A stretch of DNA of 64,000 nucleotides from an uncultured candidatus Brocadiaceae bacterium (GTDB taxonomy: Bacteria; Planctomycetota; Brocadiia; SM23-32), in the NCBI GenBank assembly GCA_964421565.1, contig CAYQXJ010000002.1, positions 193,793 through 257,792 of the forward strand. The letters are read 5' to 3'. This document shows, one piece after another, positions 1-8,860 of the stretch (position 1 is its first letter; each line of letters starts with the position of its first letter). The notes beneath the pieces are model-generated. The model saw nothing but the letters and a program-made list of their open reading frames with translations, did no database searches and had not been told where the DNA came from. A program made the translations under genes and the position numbers.

Positions 1-1029
1 CATCGCAGGGGGGTTGCTGTTGTAGCAGTCCAGTATGAAGCGCACGCCGCCGAGTTCGACCCGTTGGTAGCGCAACGCGGGCGGCTCGAAACCGGCCAGG
101 GCGACCGCGGCGGCCCCGGCGGGCACGCCCAGGGCCTGCGCCGCTGCCGCGGCGGCCGTCGCGTTCAGCACGTTGTAGCGGCCCGAACAGGGCAGCAGGT
201 AGCTGGCCGGCCCGATCTCGAAGCCCCAGCCCTCTGCCACGGTTCGGACCTCGCGCGCGCGCACGTCGGCGCCTTCGTCCTCGCCGAAGGTGAGGACCTT
301 GCCGTCGAAGCGCTCCGCCAGGGCGGCGCAGTGTGGGCTGTCGGCGTTCAGGATCAGCATACCGCCCGGCAGGATATGGGGTATGAGTTCCGCCTTGGCC
401 TCGCGCACACCGGCCAGGCTGCCCAGCCCCTCCAGGTGGACCTCGCCGACGGCCGTGATGATTGCCACGTGGGGGCGGGCTGCAGCGGCGAGTTCGTCGA
501 TCTCACCCGGATGGTTGGTGCCCATCTCGAGAACGACGTAATCGTCGCGCGCCGTGGCGGCGAGCAAACTGAGCGCCACGCCGATGCGGTTGTTGTAGCT
601 GGCGGCGGCTACCGTGCAATGCCCCTGGCGCTTGAGTATGGCGCCGAGCATCGCCTTTACGGTGGACTTGCCGTAGCTGCCCGTGACCGCTATGACCTTT
701 GCGCCGAGTCGCCTGCGATGCCATGCGGCCAGGGACAGAAGGGCTGTCCGGGTGTCGGCTACGCGGACGGTTGCCGTGCCCGTGGGCGGGCGCCAGGAGT
801 TTGGCCAGCGACTGATGACGAAGACGGAGGCCCCGCCGTCGGCGGCCATGGGCAGGAAGTCGTGGCCGTCGAAGCGTTCGCCCTCCAGGGCGAAGAAGGC
901 CTGGCCGGGCAGAATGTTCCGGGTGTCGGTACAGACACCGCGCGCCGTGGCCTGTGGCCAGCCGAAGAGGGCTGCGCCATCGCAGGCACGTGCGATCTGG
1001 GAGGATGTGAAGATGTTCTGGGTGTTCAT
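1..1029 (-). CDS. murF: UDP-N-acetylmuramoyl-tripeptide--D-alanyl-D-alanine ligase MurF. It is 5' complete and its C-terminus runs off the window start.
   Basis: Reverse-strand translation from the ATG at 1029 gives MNTQNIFTSSQIARACDG ... VTGSYGKSTVKAM ... DCYNSNPPAM. These are the Mur ligase P-loop and the MurF C-terminal motif. It lies directly downstream of murE in dcw order. The six-frame track lists no minus-strand ORF for 1..1029; the only ORF it lists there is the antisense plus-strand 64..1092. Confidence 0.85.
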   Translation of the reverse strand, partial: MNTQNIFTSSQIARACDGAALFGWPQATARGVCTDTRNILPGQAFFALEGERFDGHDFLPMAADGGASVFVISRWPNSWRPPTGTATVRVADTRTALLSLAAWHRRRLGAKVIAVTGSYGKSTVKAMLGAILKRQGHCTVAAASYNNRIGVALSLLAATARDDYVVLEMGTNHPGEIDELAAAARPHVAIITAVGEVHLEGLGSLAGVREAKAELIPHILPGGMLILNADSPHCAALAERFDGKVLTFGEDEGADVRAREVRTVAEGWGFEIGPASYLLPCSGRYNVLNATAAAAAAQALGVPAGAAAVALAGFEPPALRYQRVELGGVRFILDCYNSNPPAM

Positions 1030-1051
1030 CCGGGGGCCAGGCCCCTTCTGT

Positions 1052-2572
1052 TCAGGCAATCTTCCGCCTGCCGGCGGGCATGTTCTCCATGATCTGCCGG
1101 ACGACGACGCGGTCGTCGAACGGGATCTTCTGTTCTGGGCCGAGGTTGAGGTACCTCTCGCAACCCCGTCCGCAGACGGCGACCATGGCACGCGGCGAGC
1201 CGGCCAGGCGCAGGGCCAGTTCAATGGCGTTGCGGCGGTCGGGCTCCACCAGCACGTTATCGCAGTCGGCGGGCAGGCCGCGGCGCATCTGCTCGATGAT
1301 CTCATTGGTGCTTTCGCTGCGGCTGTTGTCGGCTGTGAAGACCGCCAGGTCAGCGCGTTCGGCCGCGATGCGGCCCATGATGGGGCGCTTGGCGGTGTCG
1401 CGCTCACCGCCGCAGCCGATCACGCACACGAGCCGGCCCCGCACGAGCGGGCGCAGGGTGGTAAGCACCTTCTGCAGCGCATCCGGCGTGTGGGCGAAAT
1501 CCACACAGACGCCGGGCAGGTCGTCTCGGCCCGGCACCTGGATGCGTTCCAGGCGGCCGGGCACGCCGGTGAAACCGCGCAGGGCCTCCTTGACGACTTC
1601 TCCGCCGATACCGTAGGCGAACGCAGCGGTCGCGGCGGCGAGTATGTTCATGCAGTTGAAGGCACCGATCAGGCGCGTGCTGAGGCGATAGCTTTCGAAC
1701 GGTGTGCGCACCAGGATTTCCATGCTCTCCATGTCCATGGAGATGATGCGCCCCTTCACGTCCGCCAGGCTGCCCATGCTGTAGCTGAGCACCTCGGCCC
1801 GCGTGGCCGCTCGGAAGTCCTGAAAGAACTCGCACTCGGCCGGCAGCACGGCCACGCTGCCGGGGGCAAGCCCCTCGAACAGCACGCGCTTCGCCCGTGC
1901 GTATGCCTCGCGCGTGCCGTGCATGTCCAGGTGGTCGCGTGTGATGTTGGTGAGAATGGCGAGGTCGAACTCGACGTCGGCCACTCGATGCTGAACCAGC
2001 GAATGGCTGCTCACCTCCATGCATGCGTCGGTGAGGCCGACCTCGAGCATGCGACGGAAGGTGGAGTGCAGCACGGTGGGATCCGGGGTGGTCAAGTCGC
2101 TGTCAAGCCAGTGGTTGCCGAGGTTGCAGCCCAGTGTGCCGATGCTTCCGGCGGGGCGGCCGGCCTCGTTCAGGATGCTGCGCAGCAGTTCTGTGGTGCT
2201 GGTCTTGCCATCGGTGCCCGTCACGCCGGCCACGTTGAGCCAGCGGCTGGGCGAGCCATTGAATCGGGCGGCCAGCGCGCTGAGCGCGCGCCGCGTGTCG
2301 GCGACCTGGATCACGGGGCAGCGAGGGTCGAAGGGCGGGCAGTCCTCGCAGACCAGTGCCACGGCTCCGTTCTCAAGGGCCGGGCTGATGAAACGGTGGC
2401 CGTCCAGCCGCGTGCCCCGTATGGCGACGTAGAGGGCGCCGGCCGTCGCCTTGCGGCTGTCATTGACGATGGCCGTGATGCGCCGGTCGGCGTAGTGATG
2501 GGTGCGTTGGGGGTTGAGCACCTCCATCAGGCCGCTCAGCGTGGCGTGGGGGGGCATCGGCGAACCGGTCAT
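1052..2572 (-). CDS. murE: UDP-N-acetylmuramoyl-L-alanyl-D-glutamate--2,6-diaminopimelate ligase MurE
   Basis: 506 aa. Motifs AIVNDSRKATAGALYVAIRGTRLDGHRFI, VTGTDGKTSTT and DFAHTPDAL. The start overlaps the ftsI stop by 4 nt. Confidence 0.9.
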   Translation of the reverse strand: MTGSPMPPHATLSGLMEVLNPQRTHHYADRRITAIVNDSRKATAGALYVAIRGTRLDGHRFISPALENGAVALVCEDCPPFDPRCPVIQVADTRRALSALAARFNGSPSRWLNVAGVTGTDGKTSTTELLRSILNEAGRPAGSIGTLGCNLGNHWLDSDLTTPDPTVLHSTFRRMLEVGLTDACMEVSSHSLVQHRVADVEFDLAILTNITRDHLDMHGTREAYARAKRVLFEGLAPGSVAVLPAECEFFQDFRAATRAEVLSYSMGSLADVKGRIISMDMESMEILVRTPFESYRLSTRLIGAFNCMNILAAATAAFAYGIGGEVVKEALRGFTGVPGRLERIQVPGRDDLPGVCVDFAHTPDALQKVLTTLRPLVRGRLVCVIGCGGERDTAKRPIMGRIAAERADLAVFTADNSRSESTNEIIEQMRRGLPADCDNVLVEPDRRNAIELALRLAGSPRAMVAVCGRGCERYLNLGPEQKIPFDDRVVVRQIMENMPAGRRKIA

Positions 2573-4338
2573 GTTCTCGTCTCTCCTTGCCGGGTCAGCG
2601 GCGGTGGCGGCGAAGGCGGCACCCGCATGTAGCGCAGCGTCCTGCGGATGATCTCGCGGACGGCCGGGCCGGCGGCCAGGCCGCCGTAGTAGCCGTTCTT
2701 GCTCGGCGCGCGAAGCGTTACCAGGACCACGATGCGGGGTTTCTCGGCGGGCGCGATGCCGACGAAGCTGGAGACGTAGCGTTCGTCGCTGTATCCGCGA
2801 CCGTCGGCTGTGAGCATCTGGCCGGTGCCCGTTTTGCCCGCCACGCTGTATTCCTGCAGGCGCACGCGCCGGCCCGTTGCGTCCGGCAGCGAGACGACGC
2901 GCTCCAGCATGGCCAGCATCTGGCGTGCGGCGTCGCGGCTCAGGGGATAGCCCTGGACCATCGGCCCGCCGGCCGTGTAGACCGCTTCGCCGCCACTATG
3001 AGGCACGATGCGCTGCACGATGCGCGGCTGCAGCAGGGCGCCGTCTGCGGCGAAGACGCAGAACGCCCGCGCGACGGCGAGGGCGGTGACGGCGAGTTCG
3101 TGCCCGAACGATACGCTCACGACGCTGTAGTTGTTCCACGAGGAGAGCGGACGTACGATGCCGCCGATCTCGCCCGGCAGCGCGATGCCGGTCGGGGCGC
3201 CGAGACCGAACTGGCGCACGGCGCTGTATAGCAGCTCCGCCCCGAGTTCCATGCCGATCTGCGCCATGCCGATGTTGCTGGAATGGGCGATGATGTCGCG
3301 CACGGGCAGCACACCGAACTCGTGCGCGTCGTGAACGGTGCGGGAGCCGATCCGCCACTCGCCGCCGTGGCAATCAAACTCGGTGGCGGGCGTGACTTTG
3401 CCCTGTTCGAGGGCCGCGCCGACCGCGATGGCCTTGAGCACCGAGCCATACTCGTATGCGTCGCTCAGCGCCGTGTTGCGCTGATGGGCGACGGGCGACG
3501 AGGCGGGCCGCTGGGGGTCGAACGACGGCCACGACGCCATGGCGAGAACGGAGCAGTCACGCGCGTCCAGCACGACGACTGCGCCGCTTTCCGGTTCGTG
3601 CTTCTCGACCGCCGCGTCCAGCTCCTGCTCGGCGATGCTCTGCACGTAGGCGTCGAGCGTGAGGTGGATGTCGAACCCGTTGAACGCGGAGCGCTCGACC
3701 CTGTCGGCGGGGGAACGAAAGATGCGTCGGCCGCCGTCGCACAACACGGTCTCCATGCCGGGCCGCCCGCGCAACAGCTCGTCCATGGAGCGCTCGACGC
3801 CGGCCAGACCGCGCCCGTCGATGTCGGTGAACCCGAGAACATGGGCAGCCAGGCGGCCCTGCGGGTAGAGCCGCTTCGGTTCTCTGCGCATGTGCACGCC
3901 GTCGAGGCCGAGACGTCGAACGCGTTGGGCGTCTTCGTCGGAGACCTGGCGCTTGACCCAGACGAAGTAGCAGTCCTTCTGCAGGTCGCGCTCGAGCTTC
4001 GAGCGCGAGGTGCCGAGGGCGCGGGAAAGGGCGGCTGCCACGAGCGTGGGGCTCTGGACGCCCTTGGGGTCGGCGTAGATGCTCCAGCGCTGCACGCTGA
4101 CGGCGAGCAGGCGTCCCGCCCGGTCGTAGATGCGGCCCCGCCGGGCGGCGAGTTCACGGCTGACCATGTGCTGGCGGTCGGCACGCCGCTGATAGTCCTC
4201 AGCCTCGACGATCTGGATTCTGGCGAGCTGACCGACCAGGCCCAACAGGCTGAGCATAATGACGCCGAGCGCGACTGTTGCCTTTATCCTGAGCGCTTTG
4301 CCGGCGCGGAGGTTTCGGCCCGTGGGCTCGTGCGTCAT
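2569..4338 (-). CDS. ftsI: Peptidoglycan D,D-transpeptidase FtsI (PBP3-like class B penicillin-binding protein)
   Basis: 589 aa. N-terminal TM anchor, a SxxK motif (SVLK), an SSN motif and a KTGT motif. Sits between ftsL and murE. Confidence 0.9.
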   Translation of the reverse strand: MTHEPTGRNLRAGKALRIKATVALGVIMLSLLGLVGQLARIQIVEAEDYQRRADRQHMVSRELAARRGRIYDRAGRLLAVSVQRWSIYADPKGVQSPTLVAAALSRALGTSRSKLERDLQKDCYFVWVKRQVSDEDAQRVRRLGLDGVHMRREPKRLYPQGRLAAHVLGFTDIDGRGLAGVERSMDELLRGRPGMETVLCDGGRRIFRSPADRVERSAFNGFDIHLTLDAYVQSIAEQELDAAVEKHEPESGAVVVLDARDCSVLAMASWPSFDPQRPASSPVAHQRNTALSDAYEYGSVLKAIAVGAALEQGKVTPATEFDCHGGEWRIGSRTVHDAHEFGVLPVRDIIAHSSNIGMAQIGMELGAELLYSAVRQFGLGAPTGIALPGEIGGIVRPLSSWNNYSVVSVSFGHELAVTALAVARAFCVFAADGALLQPRIVQRIVPHSGGEAVYTAGGPMVQGYPLSRDAARQMLAMLERVVSLPDATGRRVRLQEYSVAGKTGTGQMLTADGRGYSDERYVSSFVGIAPAEKPRIVVLVTLRAPSKNGYYGGLAAGPAVREIIRRTLRYMRVPPSPPPPLTRQGETRT

Positions 4339-4383
4339 GTGCGCCTCCTCGAGGCGGTGTCAGTGCGTGTTGTTGATGCGGCT

Positions 4384-4710
4384 TTACCAGCCAGGTACGC
4401 GGGCGACGGCCAACGGCGGGTCCTGGGGTTCGGGTTGTGTGGCTTCTGCAAGTGCGCTCTCCGCCAGATGCGGCGGCTGCTCCAGCAGGTCGAGCCCGAG
4501 CCATTCGACCAGGGCCGTGATGCGCTGCGGGCTCTTCAGCTTGCTGAGGTGCGCCCGGTACATGTCGCAACGGTACTGCTGCTGGGCGACGGCTTCCTTC
4601 AGCTCCTGCACGCGGTATCCGGTGCGGCGCAGTCGCGCGCCCTGCCATGCGACGGCGAGGGCGAGCGCCGTGGCCAACGCCAGCACGTAGATTGTCTTGC
4701 CCGTGGTCAT
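4384..4710 (-). CDS. ftsL: Cell division protein FtsL-like (small bitopic coiled-coil protein)
   Basis: 108 aa with an N-terminal TM helix (IYVLALATALALAVAW) and a coiled-coil. It sits between rsmH and ftsI, the canonical ftsL position. Confidence 0.6.
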   Translation of the reverse strand: MTTGKTIYVLALATALALAVAWQGARLRRTGYRVQELKEAVAQQQYRCDMYRAHLSKLKSPQRITALVEWLGLDLLEQPPHLAESALAEATQPEPQDPPLAVARVPGW

Positions 4711-4723
4711 TTGCTCCTCCGTT

Positions 4724-5689
4724 TCATTTGCGACGACATGCGCGCAACTGGGCGCTGCGGGCCCTGGGGTTGCGCGCGACCTCCTGGTCCGTTGGCTTGA
4801 TAGGGGCCGGTCGGATCAGCTCGATCAGGCCCTCGGCGACCTGCTCGGCCCAGGCACGTTTCACGCGTCGGGCCTCGAGGCTGTGATAGGTCAGCACGGC
4901 GGCCCGCCCACCGCTGCTCAGCACGTGGGGGATCATCCGCAGCAGCAGGTCCAGCTCCTCCATCTCGCGGTTGACGCATATCCGCAGCGCCATCATCACC
5001 CGGGTAGCGGGATGGATGCGCCAGCTCTGGCCGCGGCGGCTGCGGCGGGCATATACCTGCTTGACCAGCTCGGCCAGCTCCGTGGTGGTTTCGATCGGCG
5101 CCTGCTCGCGCTGCTCGACGATGCGGGAGGCGATCTGCTCGGCGTAGCGTTCCTCGCCGAATTGCCGGAAGATTCGGGCCAGTTCCTGCTGCGACGCCGA
5201 GTTGACGACCTGGCGCGCGTCCGGCGTGGCGGCGGGGTCGTAGCGCATGTCGAGCGGGGCGGTGACGCCGAAGGAGAAGCCGCGTTCCGGCCGGTCGAGC
5301 TGATGAGTGCCGATGCCGAGGTCGGCGAGCACGATGTCGAACCGGGTCAGCCCTTCGTCGGTGAGCAGGCGGGGCAGTTCGCTGAAGCGAGCCCGCAGCA
5401 GGCGGCAGGGACAGGTTGCGGCGGCCTGTAGCCGGCGGGAGGCTGCCTGCAGCGCCTGGGGGTCGGCGTCCGCGCCGACCAGCAGGCCCTCTTCCCCTAT
5501 CCGCTTACAAAGGGCGAGCGCGTGGCCGGCGGTGCCGAAGGTTACGTCGAGGACGGCATCGCCGGGGCGGGGGTCGAGCACATCGAGGACCTGCCGCACC
5601 ATGACCGGTTCGTGGATGGGTCCGTCCGCCGGTGATGAAGCGTTGAGCAAGGCGGCCATTTTCCGTGACGGCAGCTCAAGGAGAAGCAT
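4724..5689 (-). CDS. rsmH: 16S rRNA (cytosine1402-N4)-methyltransferase RsmH (MraW)
   Basis: Motifs HEPVMVRQVLDVL, DVTFGTAGHA and HPATRVMMALRICVN(R)E fit MraW. The true start may be the internal Met at about 5659. Confidence 0.9.
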   Translation of the reverse strand: MLLLELPSRKMAALLNASSPADGPIHEPVMVRQVLDVLDPRPGDAVLDVTFGTAGHALALCKRIGEEGLLVGADADPQALQAASRRLQAAATCPCRLLRARFSELPRLLTDEGLTRFDIVLADLGIGTHQLDRPERGFSFGVTAPLDMRYDPAATPDARQVVNSASQQELARIFRQFGEERYAEQIASRIVEQREQAPIETTTELAELVKQVYARRSRRGQSWRIHPATRVMMALRICVNREMEELDLLLRMIPHVLSSGGRAAVLTYHSLEARRVKRAWAEQVAEGLIELIRPAPIKPTDQEVARNPRARSAQLRACRRK

Positions 5690-5719
5690 ACGCGATCCCG
5701 TGCGCTACGATGCCTGGTG

Positions 5720-6331
5720 CTACGAGTGTTCATCGCCCTCGGGGGCGTCCTCTGGCTGGGCGGAAGGACCGGCTGTGTAAACCGGGTTCAGCAGGTCCGG
5801 CGCAGCGGCTTCAAATGCCTCCAGGTCCTCCAGCGCCCTGCGTTCCTGCAAGTCACTACGGCTCAGCGCGAGCCAGTGATTCTGCGCGACCAGCGTTACC
5901 TGACCCGCTTGCTCGCCCAGGTCGGCGTGCTCGCGCAGGCCGTCGGGTATGAGGAAGCGGTTCTGCTTGTCGGATTCGACGAAGCGCATCCGGTAGTAGA
6001 AGTAGTCGCGCGCCCTGCGGACCACCCGGGGGTCCATGCCGGGCGGTGGGTTCTCGAAACGGTCGATGGCCAGATGGATGTTGGCGGCGGGGTAGAGGAA
6101 GACGCGCTTCTGAGTGCCGGGCACGAAGTAGAGGGCGAGACGCTCGAACGGAGCGGTTGCGCCGGCCGTGTCGTGAGCCACCCGGCCGATCTCCCGCTGC
6201 AGGGCGCCGGCCAGCTCATCCGGCAGCCGGAAACGCCCGCGCTCGTCGAGACTCAGCGTCTCCTGATAGCCGAACAGCCGCACGAGTTGAGGCTGATCGG
6301 TGTCGCCCATTTGTTTACCTGAAGCGCCCAT
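5720..6331 (-). CDS. mraZ: Transcriptional regulator MraZ, with N- and C-terminal extensions
   Basis: Two MraZ repeats: LSLDERGRFRLPDELAGAL and KQNRFLIPDGLREHADL. It is the first gene of the dcw operon and is divergent from ruvX. At 203 aa it is longer than the usual ~150 aa, so the start may be the internal Met. Confidence 0.8.
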   Translation of the reverse strand: MGASGKQMGDTDQPQLVRLFGYQETLSLDERGRFRLPDELAGALQREIGRVAHDTAGATAPFERLALYFVPGTQKRVFLYPAANIHLAIDRFENPPPGMDPRVVRRARDYFYYRMRFVESDKQNRFLIPDGLREHADLGEQAGQVTLVAQNHWLALSRSDLQERRALEDLEAFEAAAPDLLNPVYTAGPSAQPEDAPEGDEHS

Positions 6332-6339
6332 TGATATAT

Positions 6340-6870
6340 GTATAATCCCCTATCAGCCCCGTTATTCCGGGCAGGATTGCTCATAATCCACTGCTATATA
6401 AGGAGTACCAGCCATCATGTTGTCCATATACCTTACTAAGACGCTAAGAATACTAACCCCTGGTCGGCGGTCTGTCAAGGGGTTTTTTCCCGAAAAGGGT
6501 GGCTTTTTCGGACCGCCGATCCACCGGATGCCTGCCTGGAACGGCACGGAGGCCCCGGACGCAAGTGAAGGGACCCCACGGCCCGGGAACGCCATACATA
6601 TTGAACAAGCCATATGTTCAGTATGATTGAAGGTGGCTTGGAGAATCTGCGGAAAAAGCCGACTCGGGGCAGTTTCAGTTGACGCGAGGTGCGGTTTTCT
6701 GCCTCTCCCGTCGCCACCCATCCGTTGCACATCCGTTTCGGCTGGGCTCCCTTTCCCCCGAGCCGTCGTGCTCGGCCAGGGGTTCGCCGCGAGTGGGCGG
6801 GGCGTGTTACAATCCTGGGAGCGACCTGCCGGGCGATGTGGCCCGGCCCCTCTGCACGAACGGAGCGAAC
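6340..6870. promoter_or_regulatory. Long divergent intergenic/control region between mraZ(-) and ruvX(+). A locally AT-rich block (6340-6480) carries the likely mraZ promoter. There is a long imperfect hairpin (about 6459-6521) and an extended -10 TGtTACAAT (about 6807-6815) upstream of ruvX.
   Basis: TATAAT-like elements (tatataag, tgtataat, ctcataat) are visible in a low-GC block. tggtcggcggtc...ggaccgccgatcca forms a 12-13 bp stem. No credible ORF is present; the 195-aa and 135-aa minus ORFs here have no recognisable motifs. Confidence 0.4.
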
Positions 6871-6880
6871 CGTGATCATC

Positions 6881-7270
6881 ATGGCCCTGGACTACGGGGA
6901 ACGGCGGATCGGTGCGGCCGTCTGCGACGAACTCCAGGTCGCCGCTCACCCCTTGCCGACCATTGAGCGCACCGGCGCGGAGATGGAGCAGATACGCTCA
7001 GTGGTGGAGGAACGGGGCATCCAACGGATTGTCGTCGGCCTGCCCATACGCATGGACGGCACGGAGGGACGGGCTGCGAGGAAGGTGCGGGGCTTTGTGA
7101 AGGGGCTGCGCAAGGAACTGCCGGACGTGGAGATCGTCACGGTGGATGAACGCCTGAGTTCGGCGCAGGCCCATCGCGCGCTCAGCGAGATGGGGGCAGG
7201 CATGCGTCAGAGGCGCGACAGCGTCGACGGCATGGCGGCGCAGATCATTCTGCAGCGTTACCTCCGGTGA
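6881..7270 (+). CDS. ruvX: Putative pre-16S rRNA nuclease / Holliday-junction-resolvase-like YqgF (RuvX)
   Basis: MALDYGERRIGAAVCDE...AHPLPTI...RIVVGLP. This is the YqgF fold signature with the DxGxxRIG motif. The listed ORF 6689..7270 has a 64-codon upstream extension, which I rejected. Confidence 0.8.
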   Translation: MALDYGERRIGAAVCDELQVAAHPLPTIERTGAEMEQIRSVVEERGIQRIVVGLPIRMDGTEGRAARKVRGFVKGLRKELPDVEIVTVDERLSSAQAHRALSEMGAGMRQRRDSVDGMAAQIILQRYLR

Positions 7271-7726
7271 GGCCATAATCAACTGACCGTACACAAAGTG
7301 CGTAGGTGCGCACGTACCCCTACAGTGGGCGTAGACGCAGGAGGTGAGGGCCGTGCAGATTTCCGAGTTTGAGTAGTGCCGACCGAAGCTGTGCGACGAG
7401 CACTGCGACGGGAGGCAATGCGAAGAAATCGGGAAAGCGGCTTGACATTGCCTCGACGCTCTGGGGGTGGATGACTTGGAGCTGCCATGACCGCAGACTG
7501 GCTGCGCGGCGCGTGTCCTCGCTCGACGTACTCTCACTCGCACAGTCTCGCTCTTCCCCGCGTTGCTCGCTTACGTCTGCGGCCCCGGAGGCTTCGGGCT
7601 GCACAGGTTCCACTATACGCACGGCATGTTTGATATGTAGTCTCACGGTGGTCAAGGCGCGCTCTGCGCAGCCCTCGCCTGGGCGCCTGGAGGCTCGGGG
7701 TTGCTGAGCGGGCGAGAGTTGTCCCT

Positions 7727-8674
7727 TCAGCCGAGCATGGCGCAGCGGGCGGCGCCGATGATGCCGGCGTCGTCGGGAAGCTCGGACACTCGGACCCTGA
7801 CCTCTCGTTGGGAGGCCGCCATGGTGCGCTTGCGCGCCTCCTGTCTCAGGGGGGTCATCAGCATTTCGCCGGCTGCCGTGACTCCGCCGCTGAAGGCGAT
7901 GATGGCCGGGTTGAGCAGATGCATCAGGTTGCTGACGGCCACCCCAAGATATCGGCCGGTCTGCTCTATGTTCTGCCGGGCGACTGCGTCGCCGTCGAGG
8001 GCGGCCCGATAGATGTCGGCGGCCGTCAACTCGTCCAGTATGCCGGCAAGTGAGGAGTCAGCGCCCCCGCGCACGGTCTCTCGCAGACGGCGCACCATTG
8101 CCGTGGCGCTGGCGTATGCTTCTATGCACCCGTGGTTGCCGCAGCCGCAGAGCGGGCCGTCTGGATTGATGCTGACGTGGCCGAGTTCCCCCGCCACGCC
8201 GCTGACGCCGTGCCAGACCCTTCCGTCGAGCACGATGCCGCCGCCGATGCCTGTCCCCAGGGTAAGCAGCACCAGCGACGTGGCCTGGCGTCCTGCGCCG
8301 AGCCAGCTCTCGGCGAGCGCGGCGGCGTTGGCGTCGTTCTCCAGTGCGACGGGCAGCTGCAGCCGATCGCTGACCATCTGCCTGAGCGGCGCGTTGTTGA
8401 GCAGCGGCAGATTCGGCGAGAACTCGACCACGCCGGCGCGCAGGTTCAGGGTGCCCGGGCTGCCCACACCGACGCCGCTCAGCTCGTGCGGGCGGAGGTC
8501 TGCCCCCTGGGCACATTCGATCACGCCGCGGCAGACTCTGTCGGCGACGGCCTCGGCGCCGCGCTCGGCGTGGGTGGCGAGCCGGTGCCGGCGCACCACC
8601 TGCCCTGTGGTTGTGACGAGGCCGACTTTGATGTAGGTGCCGCCGAGGTCCACACCGGCGGTCAGTGTCGCCAT
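7727..8674 (-). CDS. ROK-family sugar kinase (glucokinase-like)
   Basis: VDLGGTYIKVGL ATP-binding start. LGHVSINPDGPLCGCGNHGCIEAYAS is the ROK zinc motif. No N-terminal HTH is present, so kinase is more likely than repressor. I chose the start at Met51 of the listed ORF. Confidence 0.75.
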   Translation of the reverse strand: MATLTAGVDLGGTYIKVGLVTTTGQVVRRHRLATHAERGAEAVADRVCRGVIECAQGADLRPHELSGVGVGSPGTLNLRAGVVEFSPNLPLLNNAPLRQMVSDRLQLPVALENDANAAALAESWLGAGRQATSLVLLTLGTGIGGGIVLDGRVWHGVSGVAGELGHVSINPDGPLCGCGNHGCIEAYASATAMVRRLRETVRGGADSSLAGILDELTAADIYRAALDGDAVARQNIEQTGRYLGVAVSNLMHLLNPAIIAFSGGVTAAGEMLMTPLRQEARKRTMAASQREVRVRVSELPDDAGIIGAARCAMLG

Positions 8675-8860
8675 GGCAGCCTCCCCTTTATGTATGTACT
8701 GTAATGAATATGCGGGCGGGGCGCGCGCGGGCATCGCCCGCAGGCCGGCGCATTGAACCTTCGGCTCCTGCCATTTAGGGTAAATGCGCGGGCGGATTGT
8801 AGAGTTCGCCGCCTGCACTGTCAACGCCGATTACGGCAGCAACGTGGGCTAGCGAGGATC

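Noticed and set aside
64-1092. 342-aa plus-strand ORF at the window start
   Set aside because: Gly/Arg/Ala-rich with no motifs. The opposite strand translates cleanly into MurF (VTGSYGKSTVKAM, DCYNSNPPAM), so this is an antisense artefact of high GC.
6362-6949. 195-aa minus-strand ORF in the mraZ-ruvX intergenic region
   Set aside because: It spans the AT-rich promoter block and a hairpin. It has no motifs, and an atypical composition and codon bias. The region is treated as regulatory or non-coding.
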